From assembly GCA_902578495.1 (NCBI GenBank), contig CACHCY010000001.1, positions 262,132-326,131 on the forward strand: a stretch of DNA of 64,000 nt. Direction: 5' to 3'. Below are positions 43,576 to 53,469 of the stretch, one piece after another. A program made the translations under genes and the position numbers. How positions within the stretch are numbered: position 1 is the stretch's first letter; every line of letters begins with the position of its first letter. The notes beneath the pieces were generated by a model. It was not told where the DNA came from. It did not search any database and worked only from the letters and a program-made list of their open reading frames with translations. The DNA comes from an uncultured SAR86 cluster bacterium (GTDB lineage Bacteria; Pseudomonadota; Gammaproteobacteria; Magnimaribacterales; AG-339-G14).

Positions 43576-45438
43576 ATGTTTAAAGGAATTGTAAAACTTT
43601 CAAAAAATGGCAAAGGATCTTTATTAGTATCTGAAAATCTATCATTTAAACTTTCAAGAAAGGAATTATTCAAAGTATTTCCGGGCGATAAGGTTGAATG
43701 TTCAGTTCAGCAAGATAAAGCAACCATTCAAAAAATAATCGAGAGAAATACAACCGAAGTCATAGGTAAATTAAAAAAAACTAACAAAGGATGGATTGCA
43801 GAATCCGTCAACAATGAATTTCATCTAGAAATAGTTATAAAAAAGAATACCTCTAAAAAACTTAAAAATGGTGACTTTTGTAAAATAAAAATAAAAAAAC
43901 AACCAAGCTTAAAACATAGGCCTGAAGGTTACATAGTTGAGCAACTTATATTTTCAAATATTTTTGAAGAAGCAGACGAGATTGCTTTGCAAACAAATCT
44001 TAATATTAAGAGAACTTTTCCAAAAACAATTTTGCCAGAAATAAATAGGATTTTGAAAGAACATAATTCTGGAAATTTACCTTCTGAATATGAAGATTTA
44101 ACTGATAAAAATTTTTTTACTATTGATGGTAAAAATGCAAAAGATTTTGATGACGCAATTTGCTGCGAACAAACTTCAAATGGATACAAATTATCAGTAG
44201 CAATTGCTGATGTCTCTGCTTTTGTCTCTGAAGGATCTTCCTTAGATAAAGTGGCCGCAGAAAGAGCAACATCAATTTATTTGAATTCAAAAGTTATTCC
44301 AATGCTACCAAAAGAATTATCAAATGATATTTGCTCTCTTCGCCCCCTTGAAAAAAGGTTAACGCTGGTCTGCGAAATGATTCTTGATAGAGATTGCTCT
44401 CTTAAAACTTTCAAATTTTATTCAGCAATAATCGAATCGAAGAAAAGGTTTACTTATGACGAACTTTCAAATCTTGAGAAAGGTGACATAGATAGACATC
44501 CAGAATTTTCAAATGATTTAAAGAAATTATTAGAAATATGCAAAAAAAGAATTGAAATAAGGAAACAAAGGCTCGCAATAGATTTTGATATGAATGAGTA
44601 CCGACCAGAAGTTAAGAAAGGAAAACTAAAAGCTTTTGTTCCGGTAACAAGATATTTAAGTCACAAGGCTGTTGAGGAATGCATGATTTTGGCAAACATA
44701 TCTGCTGCAAAATTTCTAAAGGAAAATCAAATAAGCACTATTTTTAGATTTCATGACTTCCCGGATATGGATAAGATCATTTCATTACAAAAATTTCTTC
44801 AATCAAGAGGTTTACCCATATCAGAGGATTTTAATCTTTCAAGAAAATCTATTTTCGATTGGGTTCAAAAAACCTCAAAGCATAAAATCAATGAAATCTT
44901 AGCTCTTGAAATTCTAAAAAGCATGAAACTCGCAATATACTCTTCTGAGAGGAGTGAACATTTCGCTTTGGGTTTAGATGAATATTTGCACTTCACCTCG
45001 CCCATCAGAAGATATCCAGATTTAGTGGTTCATAGATGTATAAAACAAATTATTCATAACAAGAAATTTAAATCTTTATCAGAAAATGATTTAGCTGACA
45101 TTGCAGAAAATTGCAGTTTTAGAGAAAGAGAGGCTGATCAAATTTCTAGGGAAGCAGATAAAGTCCTGAGATCGCGATGCGGACAAAATTATATAGGGAA
45201 TAAATTTTCTGGAATCATAACCGGAGTTACAGAATTTGGAGTATTTGTGAAGCTAGATCAAATTAACATTGAAGGGTTGTGTCACATAAGCTCATTCAAA
45301 AATAAATATTACAATTTTAATTATGAGATGAAATCCTTAGTCAGTAGACAAGGTACGATAAGCATTGGAGATAAAATGAGTTGCATTATCGAATCGGTGC
45401 ATCCTTATGAAGGTAAAATAAGTCTAATACCGGCGTAA
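43576..45438 (+). CDS. rnr: Ribonuclease R / RNB-domain exoribonuclease (shortened)
   Basis: TIDGKNAKDFDDA, HFTSPIRRYPDLVVHR, C-terminal S1 domain; precedes rlmB. Confidence 0.9.
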   Translation: MFKGIVKLSKNGKGSLLVSENLSFKLSRKELFKVFPGDKVECSVQQDKATIQKIIERNTTEVIGKLKKTNKGWIAESVNNEFHLEIVIKKNTSKKLKNGDFCKIKIKKQPSLKHRPEGYIVEQLIFSNIFEEADEIALQTNLNIKRTFPKTILPEINRILKEHNSGNLPSEYEDLTDKNFFTIDGKNAKDFDDAICCEQTSNGYKLSVAIADVSAFVSEGSSLDKVAAERATSIYLNSKVIPMLPKELSNDICSLRPLEKRLTLVCEMILDRDCSLKTFKFYSAIIESKKRFTYDELSNLEKGDIDRHPEFSNDLKKLLEICKKRIEIRKQRLAIDFDMNEYRPEVKKGKLKAFVPVTRYLSHKAVEECMILANISAAKFLKENQISTIFRFHDFPDMDKIISLQKFLQSRGLPISEDFNLSRKSIFDWVQKTSKHKINEILALEILKSMKLAIYSSERSEHFALGLDEYLHFTSPIRRYPDLVVHRCIKQIIHNKKFKSLSENDLADIAENCSFREREADQISREADKVLRSRCGQNYIGNKFSGIITGVTEFGVFVKLDQINIEGLCHISSFKNKYYNFNYEMKSLVSRQGTISIGDKMSCIIESVHPYEGKISLIPA

Positions 45439-45440
45439 AA

Positions 45441-46151
45441 ATGTTCGAGACATCAGATTTAAATACGATCAAAACTTTACTTGTCAACAAACCTGAGTCA
45501 GTTAGATTGTTGGAGGTAGATGACAATTCAATTTCAAAAAGAATTAAAGATATAAAAAAGATCGCTTTAGAGAAGAAATTAAAAATAGAAATAAAAAAAT
45601 TTAAAAATCCAAGTAAAAAGATCAATCTGATTTTCAAACCATCAGAACCAAAAAATATAGAGTACCTGGAAAAATTTTTAGAAACTAAAGAGGACGCCGT
45701 TATTCTTTTGCTTGATCACATAACAGATCCCAACAACCTAGGGTCAATCCTCCGCACAAGCTTGGGAGGAATGGTTGATGCGGTAGTGGTTCCAAAATCC
45801 AGGGCATGTCATTTAACTACATCAGTAAGAGAAGTTTCAAAAGGATCAAGCGAACTTATCCCATTTGTGATTGTGCCAAACCTTAAGAGGATTACAGAGA
45901 TGCTAAAGCTTAGAGGGTTTTTAATCTATGGAGCTGAAGGGAGTTCACAGTCAGAATCTATTTACGATACTGATTTTTCCAAAAAAATAGGCTTAATAAT
46001 AGGTTCAGAAAATACAGGTATTCAAGAAACTTTAAAATCAAAATGCGATAAAATAATCAAAATTCCAATAAGCGATAAATTGGAGAGTCTCAATGCAGCT
46101 ATTGCAACTTCAGTAATTGTTTTTGAGATTAATAGACAAAGAACAAACTAG
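45441..46151 (+). CDS. rlmB: 23S rRNA Gm2251 methyltransferase (SpoU family)
   Basis: [23 protein letters not shown]; rnr-rlmB synteny. Confidence 0.9.
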   Translation: MFETSDLNTIKTLLVNKPESVRLLEVDDNSISKRIKDIKKIALEKKLKIEIKKFKNPSKKINLIFKPSEPKNIEYLEKFLETKEDAVILLLDHITDPNNLGSILRTSLGGMVDAVVVPKSRACHLTTSVREVSKGSSELIPFVIVPNLKRITEMLKLRGFLIYGAEGSSQSESIYDTDFSKKIGLIIGSENTGIQETLKSKCDKIIKIPISDKLESLNAAIATSVIVFEINRQRTN

Positions 46152-46153
46152 AA

Positions 46154-47074
46154 ATGCTAGCTCAAAGAACTTTAACTAATCCCATCAAGGCAAGTGGCGT
46201 AGGCTTGCATTCAGGTAGAAAAATTACAATAAAACTTTTACCCGCACCTGAAGATACTGGAATTATTTTCCAGAGAGTTGACTGTGACCCAGTTGTTGAG
46301 ATCCAGGCTACCGTTGAAAACGTAGGAGCTACAGCACTCGCAACAACACTGGTAAGTGGAGATATTGAAATCTCTACAGTTGAACATATGCTCTCTGCTT
46401 TTGCAGGTTTAGGCATCGATAATGCTTATGTCCAAATAAATGACATTGAAGTCCCAATCATGGATGGTTCAGCAAATCCTTTTGTTTTTTTGATTCAATC
46501 AGCTGGCATAAAGGAACAAAAAGAAGTTAAAAAATTTATAAAAATAAAAAAACCGGTATCTGTGAAAGCTAACAATGGCGCGAGAGTATCACTTTCGCCC
46601 TATGATGGTTTCAAAGTAAGCTATGAACTTGATTATGATCATCCTGTTCATAAAAGACAGCCCAACAAGGCTACCATTGACTTCAATTCAACAACTTTTC
46701 TCAAAGAGATATCTCGTGCAAGAACTTTTGGCTTTATGAGTGAAGTTGATGCATTAAAAAAAGAAAACTTAGCTCTAGGGGCAAGTGAGAAAAATGCAAT
46801 AGCAATTGGTGAAAATGAAATTCTTAATGAAGAAGGTTTGAGGTCGGATGATGAGTTCGTCAAACATAAAATTCTTGATGTCATTGGTGACTTATATTTA
46901 CTAAAACACAATCTAATTGGATCTTTTGAAGGTTATAAATCTGGTCATTCTCATAATAACCAACTTTTAAGAAAACTTATCGATAATCCTGATACTTGGG
47001 AAATTATTACTGCAGAAGAAGGCAATCAGTTCATCAGATATATCGATCCAATCATTGACCCGAGCACAGGATAA
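46154..47074 (+). CDS. lpxC: UDP-3-O-acyl-GlcNAc deacetylase
   Basis: GVGLHSG, STVEH, PIMDGSA, ARTFGF, HKILD. Confidence 0.98.
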   Translation: MLAQRTLTNPIKASGVGLHSGRKITIKLLPAPEDTGIIFQRVDCDPVVEIQATVENVGATALATTLVSGDIEISTVEHMLSAFAGLGIDNAYVQINDIEVPIMDGSANPFVFLIQSAGIKEQKEVKKFIKIKKPVSVKANNGARVSLSPYDGFKVSYELDYDHPVHKRQPNKATIDFNSTTFLKEISRARTFGFMSEVDALKKENLALGASEKNAIAIGENEILNEEGLRSDDEFVKHKILDVIGDLYLLKHNLIGSFEGYKSGHSHNNQLLRKLIDNPDTWEIITAEEGNQFIRYIDPIIDPSTG

Positions 47075-47077
47075 GAA

Positions 47078-49693
47078 ATGTTTGGCTTTTTATTTGGCTC
47101 AAAACATAAAAGAGTCATCAACCGTATTTCCAAAACTGTTGACCAAATTAATTCTTTGGAGTCCTCTCTTGAGCAATTAAACGCTGATGATTTACTGGCT
47201 AAATCTAATGAGCTGAGAGATCAAGTTCGTTCAGGGGAAGCATTAGAAAAAGTACTTCCCCAAGCATTTGCACTAGTTAGAGAATCGAGTAAAAGAAATT
47301 TGGGTCTGAGACATTATGACTGCCAACTCGTTGGAGGAGTTATTCTTAATGAAGGGAAGATCGCTGAGATGGCTACCGGTGAGGGAAAAACCCTCGTGGC
47401 TACTCTACCCTGTTACTTAAACGCTTTGACCGGAAAAGGTGTTTACGTAATTACTGTTAACGAGTATCTAGCTGAAAGGGATGCAAATTGGATGAGGCCC
47501 TTGTTTGAAGGCCTTGGATTGACAGTAAGTCATGTTGTTCCCAATCAAAGTTTTGAAGAGAAAAAAAATGCCTATCAGGCAGATGTTGTTTACATCACGA
47601 ACAACGAAGCTGGTTTTGACTATCTAAGGGATAACATGGCAATGGACAAAGCCCATAAAATGCAAAAAGACCTTTTTTTTGCTGTGGTTGATGAGGTAGA
47701 TTCAATCCTGATTGATGAGGCTAGAACTCCTTTAGTCATAAGCGGTGTCGCCGAAGATAATTCTGAAACATATAAAAAGATCGGCCAAATAATTCCTCGC
47801 CTTAAGCAAGAAGAATTTGATTTGGAAACAGGAGATGTTTTTGTAGAAGGAGATTTTCAGATTGACGAAAAAGTAAGATCTGCTGAACTTACCGAGAAAG
47901 GTCATGAAAACGTTGAACGTCTTCTTGTACACAACGGCCTTCTTAAAGAGGATGACTCGCTCTATGCGAGTGAAAATCTAAAATTATTAAACATGGTTCA
48001 GTCTTCCCTAAGAGCCTTTAATCTGTTTGAAAAAAACACTGATTATCTTGTGCAAAATGGTCAAGTAGTATTGATTGATACAAACACTGGGAGAGCTTTA
48101 CCAGGCAGACGATTATCAGACGGAGTTCATCAAGCTCTAGAACTAAAGGAAAATGTAAATATCCAAGTCGAAAGTCAGACTTTAGCATCAACCACTTTTC
48201 AAAACTTTTTTAGACTTTTCGATAAATTATCTGGCATGACCGGAACTGCTGAAACTGAAGCTCAAGAGTTTGAGGAAATTTACTCTTTAGAGACCATTGT
48301 CATACCAACGAACCTGCCCATGATCAGAGACGATAAGGAAGACAAAATTTATTTAACCCTTGGGGAGAAGTACGAAGCTCTTGTCGAGGAAATAGAGAAA
48401 ATTAACTCGACCGGCGCGCCAATTTTGGTTGGGACAATTTCCGTAGAAACTTCTGAATTAATATCCAGCAAACTAAGACAAAGAAAAATTGAACATAACG
48501 TTTTGAATGCAAAACAACATGAAAGAGAGGCTGAAATAATATCTCAGGCAGGAGCTCAGAATGCTGTGACCATCGCAACAAATATGGCAGGAAGAGGAAC
48601 AGATATCGTCTTAGGAGGCAATGAAAAGGACGCTTCTTACAGAGAAAAAGTTTTATCTCTTGGAGGTCTACATGTGATTGGAACTGAAAGACACGAATCA
48701 AGGAGAGTTGATAATCAGCTTAGAGGAAGATCTGGGAGACAAGGAGATCCCGGCTCCTCACAATTTTTTCTGTCTTTAGAAGATAGCTTGATGAAGATTT
48801 TTGCACCGGAAAGAGTTAAAAATCTTATGCAGTCAATTGGAGGTATGAAGAAGGGAGAATCCATAGAACATAGAATGCTCACCGGAGCGATCGAGAGAGC
48901 TCAAAGAAGAGTTGAGGGAAGAAATTTTGATCTAAGAAAAAGAATTCTTGAATTTGACGATGTCCTTAATGAACAAAGACAAGTGATATATTCTCAAAGA
49001 GAGGAAATTCTTCAGGAAGATGACTTAACAGAATTAATTGATTCAATGCGATTCAATGAAATAGCAGATTTAGTTTATTCGTTTCTGCCGCCTTCTAGCG
49101 TAGAAAGTCAGTGGCAAACAGATAAGTTAAAGAATTCCTTGTCTTCTGATTTCGCTTTTGAATTTGACCCAGCTCAGTTCTTAGATGATGAAAAGAATAA
49201 TCAAGATACCTTAATCGATGAAATTGTAAGTCAGCTTAAAAATAAATATCTTGAAAAAAGAATCGAATACAGCGAAGTTCTTCCTGGCCTAGAGAAACAA
49301 ATTGTTTTGCAAGTCATAGATATATCTTGGAAAAATCATATCAATGCTCTTGAATACTTAAGACAAAATATAGGCTTTAGAAGTTATGCAGGAAAGGATC
49401 CCAGACTTGAATATAAAAGAGAGGCTTTTGAAATGTTCGAGGGTCTTCTCACAAACATCAATTCCGAAGCCATAAAGTTTTTATCCAAAATTCAAATCAA
49501 TAAAGAAGAGCAACCAAATCAGGAAAGTTCTGTTACAAAAAACACCATAACTCATAAAGAAGAGATTCAATCCGCTTTTGATTCGCCTCAAGAACAAGTC
49601 AATAAAAATAAATCTGAACCAAATGAAGAACTTTCAGGAAATAGAAGAATGAGAAGACTTCAAGCTAAAGCCAAAAGGAAAAAAAGAAAATAG
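47078..49693 (+). CDS. secA: Preprotein translocase ATPase SecA
   Basis: MATGEGKT, VDEVDSILIDEARTPL, ATNMAGRGTDI, QLRGRSGRQGDPG. Confidence 0.99.
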   Translation: MFGFLFGSKHKRVINRISKTVDQINSLESSLEQLNADDLLAKSNELRDQVRSGEALEKVLPQAFALVRESSKRNLGLRHYDCQLVGGVILNEGKIAEMATGEGKTLVATLPCYLNALTGKGVYVITVNEYLAERDANWMRPLFEGLGLTVSHVVPNQSFEEKKNAYQADVVYITNNEAGFDYLRDNMAMDKAHKMQKDLFFAVVDEVDSILIDEARTPLVISGVAEDNSETYKKIGQIIPRLKQEEFDLETGDVFVEGDFQIDEKVRSAELTEKGHENVERLLVHNGLLKEDDSLYASENLKLLNMVQSSLRAFNLFEKNTDYLVQNGQVVLIDTNTGRALPGRRLSDGVHQALELKENVNIQVESQTLASTTFQNFFRLFDKLSGMTGTAETEAQEFEEIYSLETIVIPTNLPMIRDDKEDKIYLTLGEKYEALVEEIEKINSTGAPILVGTISVETSELISSKLRQRKIEHNVLNAKQHEREAEIISQAGAQNAVTIATNMAGRGTDIVLGGNEKDASYREKVLSLGGLHVIGTERHESRRVDNQLRGRSGRQGDPGSSQFFLSLEDSLMKIFAPERVKNLMQSIGGMKKGESIEHRMLTGAIERAQRRVEGRNFDLRKRILEFDDVLNEQRQVIYSQREEILQEDDLTELIDSMRFNEIADLVYSFLPPSSVESQWQTDKLKNSLSSDFAFEFDPAQFLDDEKNNQDTLIDEIVSQLKNKYLEKRIEYSEVLPGLEKQIVLQVIDISWKNHINALEYLRQNIGFRSYAGKDPRLEYKREAFEMFEGLLTNINSEAIKFLSKIQINKEEQPNQESSVTKNTITHKEEIQSAFDSPQEQVNKNKSEPNEELSGNRRMRRLQAKAKRKKRK

Positions 49694-49696
49694 ATT

Positions 49697-50854
49697 ATGA
49701 AAGAAGTTAAAATTGGCTGTTCTTCGAGTTATCAAAAATATGGCAAAAGGCTGGATACCGCAATAATTCAATTGCCTAGCAACAGCAATATCTCTGGGTT
49801 ATTTACTTCAAATAAATTTCCTGCTGCGCCGGTAAAGGTTGCCAAAAAGAATTTAACAAACCTTGATAAAAAAAAGAAAACTGCATTATTTATAAATGCG
49901 GGTAACGCAAATGCTGCAACTGGACCAGAAGGTTTAAAAGACATAAATAAAATGTTTGCTAATTATAAAGATCTTAACGTTCTGCCCTTTTCAACCGGAG
50001 TGATAGGAGAAAGACTTGATCTACAGAGGTATGGAAAATCCTTTTTTAATGCTTATAAAAATCTTGGTAGAAGTAGTTGGAAAAATTTTGCTACTTCAAT
50101 AATGACAACAGACAAGAAAGAAAAAATAGTTAAAAAGAGTATCAAGATAAAAGGCGAGACTATAAATTTCATTGGCGTCGCTAAAGGTTCAGCAATGATT
50201 GAGCCTAACATGGCAACAATGTTGTCCTTTGTATTTACTGACTTAAAGATAAGCAAATTAAAGTTAGATAAAATCCATAGATTAGCCTGCGAAAGTTCTT
50301 TTAATTCAATAAGTATTGATGGGGATCAATCAACAAATGACTCTTCTTTGCTTATCGCTACAGGATCATCGCGAATTTCGCTGTCGAAAGCCAATGAAAA
50401 AAAGATCTTAGAAACTCTTCAAGATATTTTCTTCTCTTTAGCAGAAAAAATAGTACTCGATGCTGAAGGAGCAACAAAGCTAATTTCGATAACCGTTAAA
50501 GGACTCAAGACTGAAAACGAATGCAAAACGGTTGCTAAAAATATTGCTAACTCTCTTTTAGTAAAAACAGCTGCTTTCGGAGAAGATCCAAATTGGGGGA
50601 GAATTTTAATGGCAGTTGGCAATACCAATATTAGCTTTGACGAGAAGAAATTTAATCTAAAACTTGGAAAGCTCCAGGTATTTAGAAATAACAAACTCAG
50701 TTCAAGTTATTCAGAAAAATTAGGATTGAAAGAATTTAAAAAAAGAAAAATAGAAATAGTCATTAAGCTGGGTGATAGCAGTAAGACAAGCAAAGTCCTT
50801 ACGTCGGATTTATCAAAAGATTATGTAAGCATGAATGCAGACTATAGATCCTGA
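49697..50854 (+). CDS. argJ: Ornithine acetyltransferase ArgJ
   Basis: NAGNANAATG, STGVIG, IMTTD, PNMATML, DGDQSTNDS, DPNWGRI, NADYRS. Confidence 0.95.
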   Translation: MKEVKIGCSSSYQKYGKRLDTAIIQLPSNSNISGLFTSNKFPAAPVKVAKKNLTNLDKKKKTALFINAGNANAATGPEGLKDINKMFANYKDLNVLPFSTGVIGERLDLQRYGKSFFNAYKNLGRSSWKNFATSIMTTDKKEKIVKKSIKIKGETINFIGVAKGSAMIEPNMATMLSFVFTDLKISKLKLDKIHRLACESSFNSISIDGDQSTNDSSLLIATGSSRISLSKANEKKILETLQDIFFSLAEKIVLDAEGATKLISITVKGLKTENECKTVAKNIANSLLVKTAAFGEDPNWGRILMAVGNTNISFDEKKFNLKLGKLQVFRNNKLSSSYSEKLGLKEFKKRKIEIVIKLGDSSKTSKVLTSDLSKDYVSMNADYRS

Positions 50855-51386
50855 TTATTTTTTTATTACACCTGAAGTAATTCCTGAGAATTACCTAGAA
50901 CTGTTGGAATCGATCAAAATTAAAAAAGAATTGCTTTTGTTAAGATGTTTAGATAATTCAGAACTCAATAAAAATTTAAAAAAATTTTTATCACTAAAGA
51001 AAAAGTATCAAACCAAACTGATTTTGAGCTCCAGACACCTAGACATCTCAGAACGATTTGATGGCATTCATTTCAATTCAGCGGATCTGATGAATTTATC
51101 GAACTTAGAAAGCTATCAAAATTATTTGGGTGCGTCTTGTCACAATGAGGAGGAGATCAATAAAGCAAACCAACTTAAGTTGGATTATATTTTTATTTCA
51201 CCAGTCAAAAAAACAAAAAGTCATGAGGATGCATCTTCTATAGGTTGGCAAAAATTTAAGGAATTAAGATCTCTAACTGAAATTAAGACTTATGCTCTAG
51301 GTGGAATGAGAATTTCAGACTTAAATGAGGCAAAAAAATATTCTGCTGATGGTATAGCAGGTATTTCTTCTTTTATGGATCAATAG
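50835..51386 (+). CDS. Thiamine phosphate synthase-like (TMP-TENI) domain protein
   Basis: DGIH, GASCHN, DYIFISPVKKTKSH, YALGGM, GIAGIS; resembles the C-terminal half of the Nudix-ThiE fusion that follows argJ in many gammaproteobacteria. Confidence 0.85.
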   Translation: MQTIDPDYFFITPEVIPENYLELLESIKIKKELLLLRCLDNSELNKNLKKFLSLKKKYQTKLILSSRHLDISERFDGIHFNSADLMNLSNLESYQNYLGASCHNEEEINKANQLKLDYIFISPVKKTKSHEDASSIGWQKFKELRSLTEIKTYALGGMRISDLNEAKKYSADGIAGISSFMDQ

Positions 51387-51546
51387 AAAGATCATCTTCA
51401 TCTATTATGGGTCTGGAAATCTTGTGTTTCTCAAAAAACCAATCGCCTAAGTCAATGGCCTGACATTTCTCACTGCAAAAAGGTCTATGATTTGAATCTT
51501 TATTCACAGAGTACATTTTTCTGCATCGAGGACATTTTTTTTTCAT
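51373..51546 (-). CDS. yacG: DNA gyrase inhibitor YacG (missed by ORF track)
   Basis: Manual translation MKKKCPRCRKMYSVNKDSNHRPFCSEKCQAIDLGDWFFEKHKISRPIIDEDDLSIDP*; CxxC...RPFCSxxC..IDLGxW signature; ATGA overlap with coaE. Confidence 0.95.
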   Translation of the reverse strand: MKKKCPRCRKMYSVNKDSNHRPFCSEKCQAIDLGDWFFEKHKISRPIIDEDDLSIDP

Positions 51547-52139
51547 TTAAAAATCTCTTTTTCTAAATCATGATGAATTTTTTTAACTTTCTCCTCTAAT
51601 TCCTGAAGAGATCCATCGTTTGAAATAATAATATCTGCAAGCTCATTCCTGCTTTTTCTATCTATTTGGGAATCAATAATTGATTTAATCTGACTGGCTT
51701 CAACATTATCCCTTTTTGTGGTTCTATCGATTTGATTGTCTTCGCTTGTGTCGACAACTATTGTTTTTGAACATAGGTCTTTTTGATTTGTTTCAAACAA
51801 TAAAGGAGATACCAAAATGGCATATTTTGAACTCGCAGTTGCTAAATCATCAATGAGTATTTGATGAATTAATGGATGAAGTAGATTTTCTAACCAGTCT
51901 TTTGCAGAACTCTCTTTAAATATAATTTCTCTAAGCTTTCTTCTATCTAACTCTCCCTCAGAGGAAAGAATATTTGATCCAAATTTTTCAGCGATTTTTT
52001 TTAAAGCTGGTTGTCCTTTCATCACAGGTTGTCTAGAAGCTACATCTGCGTCCACAACTTTCACCCCTAAGTTCTCAAAGATTTCTGAGACGGAAGATTT
52101 TCCTGATCCAATTCCTCCTGTTAAACCTACTACTATCAT
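51543..52139 (-). CDS. coaE: Dephospho-CoA kinase
   Basis: VGLTGGIGSGKS, VDAD, LDRRKLR, HPLI, PLLFE. Confidence 0.97.
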   Translation of the reverse strand: MIVVGLTGGIGSGKSSVSEIFENLGVKVVDADVASRQPVMKGQPALKKIAEKFGSNILSSEGELDRRKLREIIFKESSAKDWLENLLHPLIHQILIDDLATASSKYAILVSPLLFETNQKDLCSKTIVVDTSEDNQIDRTTKRDNVEASQIKSIIDSQIDRKSRNELADIIISNDGSLQELEEKVKKIHHDLEKEIFK

Positions 52140-52203
52140 AAAAATTATTTTTCTGGATAATGATTATATTCCATGAACGGATAAATAATTCAACTGGGGG
52201 GAT

Positions 52204-53469
52204 ATGAATCCATATAGGTTACTTTTCTTTTTGACGCTTCTGAATCTTTTAAATTTTGTGGACCGTCAACTTATTGCGAGCTTCGCAAATTTTATTGTTC
52301 CTGATCTCGGCTTAACTGATTGGCAGTACGGTATTTTAACTGGATTAGCTTTTGTCTTCTTTTATTCAATTATGGGATTGTTTATGGGAACGCTTGCAGA
52401 TAAGTACAACAGACCAAGATTAATTGGTTTTGGGGTTTTACTTTGGAGTGTTTTTACCGCGTTTACAGGTGCCGCCAAAGGATTTATAAGTATGGCTATT
52501 CCTAGAGCCTTCATTGGAGTTGGAGAATCAATCTTAACGCCAACATCCATGTCCATGCTTTCAGATAGCTTTCCAGCAAATAGGATGGGTTTTGCTGCTG
52601 GAGTCTATTATATGGGTGTTCCTATCGGGGTTGGGATAAGTCTCCTTATAGTAGGGTTTCTTGGTGAGCCTCTAGGATGGAGAAATTGTTTTTACATTTT
52701 GGGGGGTATCGGAGCAGTTTTGGGGATCATTGCATTTTTCTTTAAAGATCGCCCTAGAAAACATCTTATCGATAACCCAGATGAGGTTAATCTTTCTTAC
52801 TCAGAAATAGTTTCTACTTTAAAACAAGCCTTGACCTCTTCTAATGCATTAATCTTAACCATAGCTGGAGGAGTTCTTTATCATGTAGCACTTGGGGCAG
52901 CAGTTTTTGAACAACTTTGGTATGCCCAAGAAAGAGGTTTCGAAAGATCAGAAATTGCTCAACTAACTGGGATCATTGGTGTGGTTGCAGGTCTTGCTGG
53001 AAACTTGTTTGGTGGTTTAATGAGCGACTGGTGGCTAAGAACTTTCAATCAAGGTCGTCCAATGTTTCTTTTTTGGCTCACTATGTTGCTATTACCTCTT
53101 GGAATAATTTATAGATTCGTAGAACCAAATACTTTTATTTTTTGGCTGGGAGTTGTTATCGGTTATTTCCAACTAGGATGTTTTTATGGCCCTACTTTTT
53201 CAACCGTTCAGGAGCTTGTGCCGCCTAAAATAAGAGCTACTGTAGTAGCGTTTTATATTTTATGCCTAAACCTTATAGGTCTTACATTTGGCTCTTTAGG
53301 AGGTGGAATCTTTACTGATCTTTTAAGATCATTTGATGTGGCTGAACCATATACAATAATGCTTGTTAGTTTCTCTTTGATCGCTGGATTAGCTATACCT
53401 TGCTATTATTTTGGTGGCAAAATCTATGAATCAGATAGAAAAAGACTTTTGGAAGAATTTAACAATTGA
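52204..53469 (+). CDS. MFS transporter (spinster-like)
   Basis: LNFVDRQ, motif A GTLADKYNRP, GVGES, about 12 hydrophobic segments. Confidence 0.9.
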   Translation: MNPYRLLFFLTLLNLLNFVDRQLIASFANFIVPDLGLTDWQYGILTGLAFVFFYSIMGLFMGTLADKYNRPRLIGFGVLLWSVFTAFTGAAKGFISMAIPRAFIGVGESILTPTSMSMLSDSFPANRMGFAAGVYYMGVPIGVGISLLIVGFLGEPLGWRNCFYILGGIGAVLGIIAFFFKDRPRKHLIDNPDEVNLSYSEIVSTLKQALTSSNALILTIAGGVLYHVALGAAVFEQLWYAQERGFERSEIAQLTGIIGVVAGLAGNLFGGLMSDWWLRTFNQGRPMFLFWLTMLLLPLGIIYRFVEPNTFIFWLGVVIGYFQLGCFYGPTFSTVQELVPPKIRATVVAFYILCLNLIGLTFGSLGGGIFTDLLRSFDVAEPYTIMLVSFSLIAGLAIPCYYFGGKIYESDRKRLLEEFNN

